Origin: Tubulanus polymorphus
Lineage: Eukaryota; Animalia; Nemertea
Direction of reading: 5' to 3'
Length of the DNA: 64,000 nucleotides
NCBI RefSeq assembly: GCF_964204645.1
Contig: NC_134031.1
Location: forward strand, 6,944,001 to 7,008,000
The first letter of the stretch is position 1; each line of letters begins with the position of its first letter. Made by a program: the position numbers and the translations under genes. The notes beneath the pieces are model-generated. The model did not search any database and was not told where the DNA came from. It was given only the letters and a program-made list of their open reading frames with translations. Positions 27,001-39,600 of the stretch are shown in pieces.

Positions 27001-28580
27001 TAAGCTTTCTCTGTATTTTCTAATTCAGTTGATTTAAGCTGTCTTTCAGGATGCCTGTTCAATTATATGATATGCCCTATTTTTAGGTGCACCCTTCCAC
27101 GAAAGATCCGTCCCTGCCTTTCATTGTCCCACCACATATATCATTGTTTTACGGTGTAATGGTTTTGTCGTTACAGGACGAAAACAACATGAAAATGAAG
27201 AGAATGCAAGAACATACGAAATATCTTCACCTAGCAGAAATAGAGGTTAGAATACTCGATTGTCGAAATACCACAAACATTTCCGTGTAACATATTGTTA
27301 GAAAATTTTGTTAAAAAACAATTATTCCGCAGGCGCTCAACAACAAATATCATACGTTACTGAAGTCGAATCGACAGTTGGAAACGCATATAATGCAGCT
27401 TAGAGATCGTATTAGTCATATGGAATCATCTAAAGATGATGGTAAGTTCAAAACTGGGTTCGGCTAGATGGTGGAGAAATGAACGATATTTCAAATGATT
27501 TCAGTCTGAATTACCAGGAACTGTTTGTTAGTCTGCGATCAATGAGGTCCCACGGTTAAAATTTTTAGAGATTTCTGAAGTTCCTAATTCTAGCATGCTC
27601 CCCGGCAGGGATTCAAACCTGATGGTATTGCTAGACTCAGCCACGTCACGAAACCCTGCCAAGTGCGCAGGTACTATAGCAGTTTGCCACAAGCAAACTT
27701 GCGGCACCAATCAGATTGTCCGTTGTATAATTACTAAGGCAAATTTCATGGAAAACCACAGATGGAAAAACCTGGGCTAAAATAAAGCAGGATTTCTGAT
27801 TGGCTAATGACGACATCATCTAAACTGCGAACTCGCGCGAATCAGGCAGGGTTTCCTACCGTGGCTGAGTATTGATGCCACCAGGTTCAAATCTCTACCG
27901 GGGGAGGATTATTTGTAGCATTTCTTTAGTCTTCCTCTACCGTCTAATCGTAAAATTTTTGTTCATCATCTGTTTTTGTAGGTTCGATGAAAAGCTTGAG
28001 TAATTCAGCTCGGTCGAGTCCGAGCCCGGATAAGATGGACATCAGGCGCGGCAGCGGTCCGTTAGAGCTGTGCGCTCACGGCAGTTCATCGGGCCGCGTT
28101 CTAACGTACTCCGATAATACGCAAACCGATACGCCGCCTATCGACGTAACCGCAAACCACAACAACAACCAACATACGGAAACCAACGGCGGTCATGATG
28201 ATGAACCGCCTGGCTTTGAGGGCGACGTTTGCAACGGCATATCGTCGCGGCGTAGTTCCGATTCCGATTTGCCGAGTTCGTACCCGGGTTTGAGTAAACT
28301 GCACCGGCACGTCGAGAAAGACTACAGCTGCAGCGAGGGACACGATCGTTCGATCAACTACGAGGACGTTATCAAACCGTTCGTGCTGTCGTACGACACG
28401 ATCGCCGGCGGCGGCAAACAATCGACGAACGCGAACGCCGACGCGAGGGGCAGCGGCGAGGACACCCATGGTGGTGGCGGCGTAATCGACGAGGACTACG
28501 CGTGCGAGGAAGCCGCTGAGTGGCAGGAAACAAGGACGTCGCGTAGTAGTACGTTAATGGATAGCGGTATCGATTCGTAG
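12038..28580 (+). CDS. TSC1: Hamartin (tuberous sclerosis 1), ~1322 aa, 21 coding exons
   Basis: Exons 12038-12161, 12741-12844, 13723-13875, 14550-14694, 14921-15075, 15659-15732, 16319-16482, 17391-17579, 18429-18484, 19115-19562, 20001-20195, 20907-21443, 22180-22305, 23671-23837, 25083-25213, 25298-25394, 26271-26508, 26601-26689, 27177-27245, 27333-27441, 27982-28580. All are GT-AG and phase consistent (3969 nt). Hamartin motifs: EPHDK, [69 protein letters not shown], and a C-terminal coiled coil. Confidence 0.96.
13041..13411. mobile_element. hAT-type MITE (CAGGGT...ACCCTG)
   Basis: TIR CAGGGTACCTACA/TGTAGGGACCCTG. Copies at ~13900-14130, ~17965-18302, ~20520-20846 and ~23954-24379, all in TSC1 introns. 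Related CAGGGTGGCCAC elements at ~10381, ~19631, ~52290 and ~57570; CAGAGCTGCCAAC elements at 13440 and 60365. Confidence 0.7.
16575..16863. mobile_element. piggyBac-type MITE family A
   Basis: TTAA-CCCTTTCAG...CTGAAAGGG-TTAA. Related copies at 22561-22850, ~31027-31251 (inverted), ~56640-56931 and ~63070-63325. Confidence 0.8.
21636..21935. mobile_element. Palindromic Penelope-like short element (two decayed hammerhead cores)
   Basis: CGAGAGAAATCCC...GGGATTTCTCTCG arms around a central GCCATCATCAGGCGTACTG...CAGTACGCCTGGTGATGGC. Direct repeat ATCACTAAT(G/A)TCT at 21636 and 21923. Confidence 0.6.
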
Positions 28581-28605
28581 CCGACGCTCGCATGTAGGAT
28601 CGTTA

Positions 28606-29071
28606 CTAATGTCTATTTCAACTCGACTTGAGAGCACATCGGGTGGCCTAGTTTGATCAGTTTTGATGTTACATACCTGATAAAAGTGTTATTAGGACCA
28701 GAAAGCACTGGCAGTTGACCTAAACCATTGATTTTTAATCCATTTTAAACTGATTGAAGGATATCTAAAAATAGTCTGCATTGAAATATGTTTCAATATG
28801 TTTCCATGCCTACCAACTAAAGTTTGGTGTGTAGGCATGGGAACATTGTTAAACTTTCAAATCATGGAGTCACTTTTCTCTCATGAACCCCTTTCAATGC
28901 AGACTTTTTGGATATCCTTCAATACAGTTTAAAGTGGATTAAAAAATGATGTTTTAGGTTAACTTCCAGTGCTTTCTGGTCCGAATAAGACTTTCATCAG
29001 GTGTGTACCACCAAAACTGACTGAGCTAGGCCACCCGGTATGCTCTCAAGTCAGGTTGAAATAGACATTAG
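28606..29071. mobile_element. Foldback MITE with ~180-bp inverted arms just after the TSC1 stop codon
   Basis: CTAATGTCTATTTCAAC...GTTGAAATAGACATTAG; the arms pair over ~180 bp. A family fragment is at ~41115-41305. Confidence 0.8.
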
Positions 29072-29313
29072 CTAAGACTGCGCTCAAATGTTCGATGCAC
29101 CAAGCTCTTGGCCGAGGCATTGCTGAGGATACTGATCTGTTATTAGCTGAAGCGCCGATCCGAATGGATATTTTTAGTTCGAAATAGGATGTATTCCAGT
29201 AGCTGTTAAAATTCTTAGCCAGGTCCTGAAATAGCTGGCACTTAAACATAGGATCAATGATCATCACTAGCTAGGGTGTACCACGTTCTTGGCTGAGGCA
29301 TAACGATAATACT

Positions 29314-29444
29314 GGGGCCAGTTGGTCAAAAATTGGTTAAAGATAACCGGCGGGTAAATGCCGTAGTAATGATGAACTTTTAATCGTCACTACGTCAACT
29401 ATCCAGTGGTTAACTCTAACCAACTTTTGAGAAACTGCAGCCCT
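29314..29444. mobile_element. Small palindromic MITE (GGGGCCAGTTG...CAACTGGCCCC)
   Basis: Copies at ~24419-24553, ~29754-29926 and ~61770-61897. Confidence 0.65.
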
Positions 29445-30712
29445 GATCTGTTATTCGTAACTAGCTCAAGCTCTACTCCGAATGGATATCTTTAGTTCCG
29501 ACTCGATATAGTTTTTAGCCAGGGCTCAAACAAGGAATCAATTTGTTGTAACTGTAATTAAACTAAAAGGGGATAGTCCTCTTCATTGCTCCCTGTTGAT
29601 GAACTGTGGATGACTGACTCGTTATGTATCTGTGTATCCTAGACACTGTCCGTCTGCAACTGCTGCTTTTTCGCTGTTGTATAATACGCACTCTTCCATT
29701 CCGCCGTTGGTCATCTTTATTGAATTCAGTCCACTTCGGAAATGACATATCAAGGATCCAGTCGCTTAAAAGTTGGTTGAAGCTATCTCTAGGATGAATA
29801 CCTTAGTATAAGGCCATCCCATGATAATTGTCTGTTTTGCCGTATGGCCTAACCATGAACTTTTAATTGTCGCTATGTCACCTAGCCGCTGGTTATCTCT
29901 AACCGACGTTCGAGCAACTGGCCCCCAGATTGCCATGATGACCCAGATCTACTACTGTGGGTTAGAATTTGAGTCTTATAGACTGTTAGATATTAGGGGG
30001 AAACGAATTTTGACTCTGCCATGTCAAATACACCTCGTCCAAAATTGGAACAAGGTTCAACACCGTTGGAAAAAGTACTGATGCAAATCAAATTGATTTC
30101 CCTAATGTGATTTATCTGATGGCCAGAAGTAGATAGCTAAGTTTTTCTGTTAGGCTTGATTTTCTAGAGACTGCTGAACAAAGTGCAATAGACTCCACGT
30201 TGAAACTTCCATAACTCGAATAGTAGATTGACTAATAATAAGTCATTTTCTAAATAGATTTGATGATATTGAAGCCTTACCTAGAACGATTACTAAAACA
30301 TGTACCGGGGTATGATGGATTGATTATTTTGATTTTGCTCCCGACACGCATTTAAAGAAGTTTTTTTTATTTTATTTTTGATGCAACCTATCGACCTGTT
30401 GGTGAAAAGTTGTATAAATTACATACATGCAAACAGTCTAGCTGCTGACTGTCATATGCTGGCTATGGTTTCGGTTTCACTGCGCCTGTATAAACAATAT
30501 GAAAACTTGATAACGATGAATTATGCAAAATCATCTTTGCTGCCGTGATCATTCTTCCCGGTTGTTACTACATCTCGTACGTAGTTGGAAATAGAATTTT
30601 TATGCATATAGTCAACCATTGACCTTTTTTTGAGAATTGACAAATAAATGATGAGACTATTAGTGAAGCAGCGTTTGTTGACACATTGTATCATTAGAAA
30701 CTACATGTCATT

Positions 30713-30922
30713 CTGGGCGAACTTTGGTTTTCGAAGTTAGTTGATAGTGGTCGCGCCATAGTTCGTCGTAACCTATATCTGTGTCGGCCATCTTGGAAGT
30801 AGGTCCGAACTACAGCGACCGTGCTCAATCGCGTGGTCAACTATTTCTGGACCATATTTCCGACTCACTGATATTCGGTTTCACTTAGTTCGCAAATAGT
30901 CGACTAACTCCAAAGTTCGCCC
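30713..30922. mobile_element. MITE with GGGCGAACTTTGG termini
   Basis: Inverted termini GGGCGAACTTTGG/CCAAAGTTCGCCC. The internal sequence recurs inverted at ~42135-42335. Confidence 0.6.
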
Positions 30923-33668
30923 TGATTGCCAGGGTGGCAATATTGAATAGCAGATCAGCTAGGCCTACCAGTCATCCGTAGTGGGTACATTGTATGAGAT
31001 ATCTCATAGTAAGCGGCAAACCTTTGTTAAAACCCTTTCAGTGCGTCTATACCGCAGTACATCTTATAAATCGGAAGATGGCAGCACCTGTCAAACATAG
31101 CTAAATATAAGCAACTAATAATACATTGCACCGCAGTGTAGACACACTATAGTTGTATGCCCGTTATTTAACACACTAGGATGAAATTTTAAGAGTTAAC
31201 GAACTATATCCAGCATTTCTGGAATTAATTAGTTGGCACTGAAAGGGTTAAAAAAGCTAGAAGAAAATATCATTAAGGCATTTTGCATGTAGAATATGGT
31301 TCCATATAAGCATGTACAGAATTGATATCATAAAATGATGGATTATTGAATGTATGCCAAAGAATTGAATTGATATAGTCGATCATGTACAGGTATTATA
31401 TCATTATTGCATGAGGGCAGAGGAGATCGACGGTTTTATTATGGATTGTTCTTGCAAATCTCTAAAACTTATACAAGCGCGAGGATGTAGATTTATAATC
31501 AATCATCTGAATTTAGTAATTATTACCTTACAGTATTAATAGGCAAAATATATTTATTTACGTAAGTGATTAAACCCCCAAAGAGCCGTAGTCATTGACG
31601 GCAAATTCGATTTAAAAGTTTATTTGAAATTTCATGCGTGTACTTCAGTATTTGGATGACTTATAACTTGTAAGAGAATTTATACGAATGTAAATTGAGT
31701 AATAAGTTATCAGGGTGTTAGCTGCCTAAAAATTCATGAGAAATTTGAATAGCTATAATTGTTCTCCCTCAGCGGGGACTCATACTGAGAGGCATCATGG
31801 CTCTGCTTCTAAGAGAGCGTTAAAATAGTATGTACAATTTGTACCAAAATTGCACAAGATCGTTCAAGGGGGAGGGGGGTCTTTGAATGCTCCCTAATGG
31901 AACACTGACCAGAAAATTGCGTGGACCCAATCAGATTTACCTTTACGCATTTCAGTTAACATAGTCGTAATACCATCCACCCCCGGCACGGATTCGAACC
32001 TGATGGCATTGAGACTCGCCAAGGTACAAAACCCTGCAACACTAGCCCGTGTTCACAGGTACATACGCAGCTTAGATGATGTGATTGTTAAGCAATCAGA
32101 AATCCCGGTTTATTCCCAGCCTGGGTTTTCGATTTATAGTTTATCCGTGAAATTTGCCTCAGCAATTATACGAGCAATCCAGGGTTTGATCTAAGGAATA
32201 AAAGCCTTTTGCAAGACGAGTGATGATGATAACCTACTCGCCCAAATGAGAATATACTTGTCTCAGGCAATGGGACAAGTGCTTAGATCGGACCCCATCT
32301 GATTGATGCTGAAAGTTTTTGTGCAGCAAACCTGCGCACCCGGTCTAGTGTGGCAGGGTTTTGTGCTGTGGTGGCTAAATCTTACGATACCATCAGGTTT
32401 GAATCCCTACCGGGGCGGCTGTAGTGATATAGGCATTTCTTTGGGCTCGGTTGCCTTTTAGCCAGTAAAATCGACGCCATTTCTGATTGGCTGACAATGA
32501 GGTTAATTCATAATCTGAATCTGGAATGCTAATAATGCACTCGTGTCCACTAGGGTAGGGTTTCGTACCATGTACAGTCTTTCGAAGACATCTCGTTTGA
32601 ATCCCTGTAGAACGAAGAAGGCTTTGGATTCGGTTTCGATAACCTCAAAATATTGCAAAATATTGGAAATGAATGTAACCTGCTTTGGTGAGTTGGTTTT
32701 GTACGTCACTGCCCGCATGGCCATTCGTGTAAAAATCTATTTTAACATCGATTATTGAATCCTTGAAATAGGTTCGCTTTGTAAAATGTTTGCTAATTAT
32801 CAACCATTGTTCGTGTGTTATTCTAGGGGTTTAAAAAAAAATTTCATTGACCAATGGCTCATGCAAATTATTGTCATTACTGGAATCGATGGCAAATTGT
32901 GACGATGATAAATACATTATTTACAAATTGAAAATTCAATAGAGAAATAAATTGTCTTATTATTTATAAGAAATTTCGTCTGGTTTATTTTCTCACTAGC
33001 TTTGTCTATAGTTTTCGAGGCATTGCAGCGTCGAGACCGCAGTAAGACTGGCATTGTACTGACCAGTACCGAGTGGAGACAAGTTAACTGACCAGTACAG
33101 TGACAAGTTAGCTGGCCAGATTGAATGGGATAGGAGAGAAGTGCTTGACTAAGCAGCACCAAATGTCTAAATATATTCCTAAACTGACCAGTACTTCCAG
33201 GGGTGGATCCAGGAGCAGACTTTTGACAGGAGCACTAAGAAATGAAAAACGGTAGGGCAAGTTAAGTATCCACACAGCCAAAACAAGGGTCTGAAATTTG
33301 AAATTTCAGTGCATTTTCATACAATTTCTAGGCACCTGAGGGACAATAAAGAGTATAAGCTAAATCTTGTGCTGAAGACTGCCGTCTCATTAGTTGCAGG
33401 AGCACGTGCTCATTGTGCCCTGTCTGGATCTGCCGCTGTATATCTGGCATTTTTCATTGAAACTGATTATTTCTGAGGAGTATGAAGGGTCAAGACAACA
33501 AATTGATACCTATGCGCATCATTACTCTGGAGTAGAGAATCGGTTTAACTGACTGGAATCTATTTGGATGTAGGTGAGCAGTGCTCCAAGTTGAGATAAC
33601 AATCTACTCAAGACAACGACTTGTACTGTAAATGATGATGACTTTATTGTTGAATAATTTTCAATATG

Positions 33669-36600
33669 CTACGAAGACGAATTCGAAGGTTTTTGTTGTT
33701 GTTTAAGTTGTGGATAATAATCTGCATAATCGAAACGTTTAAATGGAAGAGGCATGTCCAAATATCCGTAGTCGTACGCTTGTTCTATCGCTATTTGTAA
33801 ATTCATCAGCTGTTTTCGACACACTCCTGAAAACAGAAAGTACATACAAGCTGAAATTCAAATTTCCCCAAAATTTTTCAGTCATAGATACTAGAGCAAC
33901 ATCCATGGAAACCACTGGTGATCTTATTCAGCCCAGAACTTCAAACTTTTTCAATTTATTGGCCATGGAATATAGTCTGACAATCTAAAAATTATATGAT
34001 ATATGCCCATGCGACATCGACAGGAACTTTGGTAACCTGTACCTGCGGAGATCGGGGACTATAATCGGACGCGAATAAAATATGTAGTTTATTTACAAGG
34101 GTTACAAATTTCTGATCTATTAGGTGACAGTCTTGTGCCCTACTAACTGGGCCATTGTGACTGCATGTATGGTAGTACTATGCTGAAAATTGTTTTGATG
34201 CAAAGATAGTCCATGATTAAAATTCCTGCTCACTGACTGGCTGAAATTTTGTTTGCCTCCATTTGGCCCCCTTATAAAAACAGCAGAACCCACTTAATTC
34301 GGATCCCTTGGGACCAACAACATTCATCCAGTTTATGGGATATGCAGATTGAAAGTAATTTTCTTGCATATAAATGAACAAATGGACTGAAAATATTGTC
34401 CAAATTAGACCAAAATCCGGATTAAGCGCGTTTGACTATTTTCCCAGCTGTTAATAACCGTGTCACCAGTTATACAATGACTACCACACCAAGTTTCTCA
34501 GCCCATTATTTCTCCACAGCAACACCATTCGGTACATAGTTTCGTATTAATATATAGATAACTGACCTGTTTTTAGGGGTGATAATTCCAAACCGCTATG
34601 AGGATCGATAAACTGCTTCAAAAGATTCACATTCTGAAACGAGAGAGCGAACATTTCAATACTACGAACGAAATCATCACGGAAAGAAAACTATTTCGTA
34701 TCGATTTTTTCTTTCATGAGAAACTTACCGCAGGGTGAAGTACCAGATATTCATCTCTACAAATAGGACATGGGTTTCCGCAGATCTTGTCGCCTCTCTG
34801 TAATTATAGTGTCTTCATGGTTAAAAGCCTTCGGCTGAATAAAGCATTTTAAGCCTGCTTTCATTATTCGAATTGAGCCCTTTGCCGATGAAAGTACAGT
34901 AGAACTCGCTTAAAATTCGGGTCACCTGGGACTGGAAAATCTTGTCCGAATCAAATTTGAATTATGCGCTCTCATTTGAAACGAAACGGCCTAGTGGAGA
35001 TTGGAATTTTAGTCCGAAATAAGTAAAAATCTGATTAAAAATCGATCCGAATTAAACGAGTTATAACTACGGGCCTATATAGCATTTTTGCGAACTTACA
35101 ATGCATTGTTTACGCGTCTTCTTTGGTTGATATTGCCCTTTGAAATTTCGTTTGTACTTCGTCCAAACCGGTTCATCTCCGTACACCTCGCTGTAGGCTG
35201 AAATACAGAGATAAATCATCAGCTTCACAGGTCAGCATTCAGTCAGCTGATATGGCTTTGCTGTTTCATTATTCTTCATTTATTTAATTACCCCATTTCT
35301 ACGGGTACGCTTTAGGGTTCAAATCTAAAAACAGCTATGCAACTTAGTAGCTGCTGGGCCATAGAATATCCATACTAAATTTTGGTAATGAACTGATAAG
35401 GATTAGTAGCAATTCGCAGGAATACGGGCCCCACCCAGCAATTGGATCAGGCCTGTACGCAGACTACTTTTGGTGGGTGCGAATTCAGATATGGTGGGTC
35501 TTATTTGACAGCGGAGCCAGCAATAGTGAGCGCCACAGGCGTCCTCTCCTGAGAAAATTTGAAGCGTTTTAGAGACATTTTCAGCCAATGTTAGTGAATA
35601 TTTCAAAAAATCCATCAAGACTAGATTGTAGTCTCTAGGAATTTTTGATATTTCATATATTGAAGTCACTGAAACACTAATGCGTAATCCAATAAATTTT
35701 TTCTAACAAAAATAGTGGAACTCAGGATCTTGTAGGGCGGTGTGTTCGCACCCAACGCACACCCCGAGTATGGGCCTGTGGATAAGGAATGCAGGCCACT
35801 GGGGCTATTCAGGCAGAAGTTCGTACAGTAGCAAGTCTAACGGCGCCATCAGCTTCGAATCCCAGCTGAGGACAAGTTGCTACTGGTTTCTTCTTCATTG
35901 ATAGTAGAATTGAACCCTAATATGAAATCTGAATAAGAAAGCCATAAACACAGCTGAATTCTCAAAAAAAGATGCCTATAAGCCGAGTAGATAGTTACCT
36001 GTCGAAGCCAGATATCTTTGACTAGTTTCTAATGAATGATTCGGTCGAGGATTTATTGGCGTTTGATCATCTGCGTTGCTACTCTCTTCAGTTTCCTCTG
36101 CCTCGTTATAACGACGATTAGCGACTGAAAAATGTCTCTACGGATAGAGTGAGAAAAGAAATTTATGAAATTAAGCTGCGGTAAGTCTAGTTAAGGCCAA
36201 AATCGAGCTACGTCTACACTTGCTTCTGGTACCCGGGTTACGCGTCTACGGTACGCTCGAAACACAGGTTCAAGGCAGAGTCTTCCGCAAAACCCGTGTT
36301 TTATAGAAACCCTCTTGGAAAAGAAGGGTTCATACATTCCGCATTGAACCCGCCTTCCCGTAAAACTCCGCATTTCCTCTAGTGTAGATGGTAAACCTAT
36401 TCAATTCAGCGTTCAGGGCACCACAATTGACCATGAACTTGAACTACATATGTGGATTCTTACTACCGAAACTGCCTTACGTGTAGATGCTACTCGCTGC
36501 GAACGCGGGTTTTCGTCGAACCCCCGTACATCGAAACGCCGGTTTTCGTCCAACCCCTGTACATCGAAACCCAGGTTCAACGAGCTAGTGTACACGTGGT

Positions 36601-39600
36601 TTCACTCTGCTCTTTAATGATACCCGAGATTTCAGGGTCTAGTGTCTATTTCAACTTGTTTGCACAGACGTTGACATAACTCGGTACATTTTGGGTGTAC
36701 AAACCGGATATCGATATAACGACCAGTACGGATGCGTAGCTGAACTAAAACCTCGATTTCTAATCCATGTTACACTACATGTATATAGAAGGATTGCCAA
36801 GTCTTCGTTTTACCGGTACTGGAGTTGAACTCTAATTGCTTATGGCAACTGACATCTGTGAAAACAAGCGAAGCGAAATGGGACATTTCCAGTACACAAT
36901 CATTTGTCCCGTGCTAAAATTTGGCACGGGCCAAGCCTGGGTCAAAAACGCTTGTGTGATCGCGCCTATGGTAACTGGGCTCAGCATTACTTTTTCATAT
37001 GTAACAGAACATGAATCAATAGCGAATAGATCCTTATAGCGCAAAAACCGACAACAATAAGTAGAATATATGGATCTTTCCGTATGTATTTATTATCATC
37101 AATAATTTATGTATAAAAAGAATTTGAATAATTATTTAGTGAAAGACTTGAAACAATGGAAAACGTTCTTGTGTAAAATTTGCTGCGTTTGAATTAAACC
37201 GATGAGAGAGAGAGCAGGTTTAAAAACGAATCATCACGGGTTTCACCGGGAATTTCTGTAGGGAGGTCGGCATAGGCAATTAATAGCCAAAAGGTCAGTC
37301 GAACAGCATAGGGGTACGGGGTCCTCGCCTTAGAAGATTTTGATTCTTTAAAAGTGTTTTCGAGCAATTGGAACATTTTTTAGATGTGAAATTGTTTACT
37401 TCACTTACTGGTACATCTCAGTCAGAAAGAAAATTTGATGACGAACGAAGGGAACTTAGTTTTGGAAACGGGGATTAATCAGACCCACCAAACCCCCCCT
37501 CCCCAGCGACGCCCTTGATCATAAAGAGAGATAACGCAGATCGCATCGGTCAAGACCTCAAAATCTCATAAAAACTCAAGATTCTTTACACATCCTCCCT
37601 CGGCAGGGATTCGAACCTGATGGTATCGCTTGACTAGGACCATCTAGACTAGGTATCTAGACCAGGACGTGCACAGGTACATGTTTCACAGGCACCTGCT
37701 GCAGGCAAACTTGTCCCATAGATCGAATTGCCTGTTAGCCTATAAAATCGCTGAAGAAAATTTCACGGATTAAACAGAAAAATCCGCACTAAAAATATAA
37801 CAGGATTTCTGATTGGCTAATAATGACATCACATAAGCTGCGCACTCGGTTTAGTGTGGCAGGGGTTCATGCCGTGGAGTCTGGACACCGCCATAGGTTG
37901 GAATCCCTGCCAGGGAGGATGGATTAACAAGGTCTCACTGTTTTCAACGGGTGAAATTGAAGTTAAATCGTGCAGCACATTCTAATTATTCAGTTTACAC
38001 AACTACATATAAATAGATTTTTCAGTTTTTCATCAGCAATAATTTTCAATCATGCAAAAATACAAGTTAAGTAACATTACACAGCGCACAAACCACTGTG
38101 CGTCGGTAGCACATGCATGGCTTCCATTTGAGACCAGTCTAAGACCATCTTAGTTCTATAACCAACCTAACGATCTAAGACCAATCTCAAATTCGAGACC
38201 AAATTTGCGCTTAACAATTGTGCAACTGAACCCTTAAGTTATATTGTCATAGAAATTAACCCCTATCAATTGTTTGGTTTCCATTTTCCTAGGGTCTTAA
38301 TTAATTGCACAAAATTCATGTTTTTCACTCTGCTTAATGGTTTGTTTGAATGAAGACCAACAATTAACAGCGAGGACATACATTCGAAACCCTCGGGTGT
38401 TACCATAAACACATACGTCCAAACCCCTAAGGGATCATTCATTTATTGCGTACGCATAAAATTTGAATTTTTCAACCCCTCCTCCCCGTTTGTACGCAAA
38501 ATAATCGGCCATTTTTTCATATACATTAAGCATTACAGTACGCAATTGCTCTGACCCCTCCCCCTCCCCTAATGCGTACGTAATAGGCTATATGAATGAC
38601 CCCTTAGAGAATGACCATATTAAATGTACACCCAAAACCTTGGAGGGGTTTAAGACCAAGTTCACCTTTAATCTTTAAATACATTTCCGCTCACACATTG
38701 GAGCTATCGTTCCATAGATTACTACAAGGTATTTACATTAATCTATTCTTCATGTAGTAGAAGTAGTATTCATGCAATGCGGCGAAAGCAGATAACTACA
38801 ATAAATACAGGTTTAGCCGAATACTGGTATGACTTTTAAAGTACAATGGATTAAACACAAACGAAGCAATACCAATCTATTGCAAATCGTAATGAACAAA
38901 TTTTTTTCCTACCACCAACTAGCAAATATAACCAGTCATGCAAGTCCAATAAAACTGGCCCATAATTGCAGAAACCCTTAAATTCGTTTTTCAAAATACA
39001 GTCAAACCCCGATATACCGCTCTCCCATTTACCCCCACCCCTGCCTACTGCCAGGTTGATCTCAACATAAATACACAGTAAAACACCCCCGATATACCGC
39101 CATACTCTCTATACCGCCAAAATCGTTCTGCACCGACGTGGTCCGTATATCGGGGTTGACTGTACTTTCAAGAAGCACAAATCTTAATGAATGAATTTCT
39201 TCCTTCCACCATAACTCGAAAATATAACCAGTAACGTCCCACAAAACTGGCCCATAATTGCAGAAAGCCTATAGCCTAAATTCGCTTTTATAACTTTTTT
39301 TAAGAATTCTAGAATTGAGCAGGAAACGCAATCTTGAAAACTGGATTCAACGAATCGAAAATAATATCGCCGCGATTCGAAGTTCATTCATTCGTTCATC
39401 GTTCTCTGAAGCCAATCTTTGTATTTTTTCTGCAGTCGTTTCACCGTCGACTGTTTCGACTTTTCAAACTGTTTACAAAATTCCAGTTCGTCGTTGAACA
39501 AATCGAGCGCCGAACGTTCGACTTTGCTCTTTTTCGAACACCCTCCTCCGCCACCTCCTCCGGCGAGAATGGTCTCTGTGTCAACGAACGCCTTATTCTC

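Noticed and set aside
28101-28593. Minus-strand ORFs of 122 aa and 73 aa
   Set aside because: Antisense shadows of the GC-rich last TSC1 exon.
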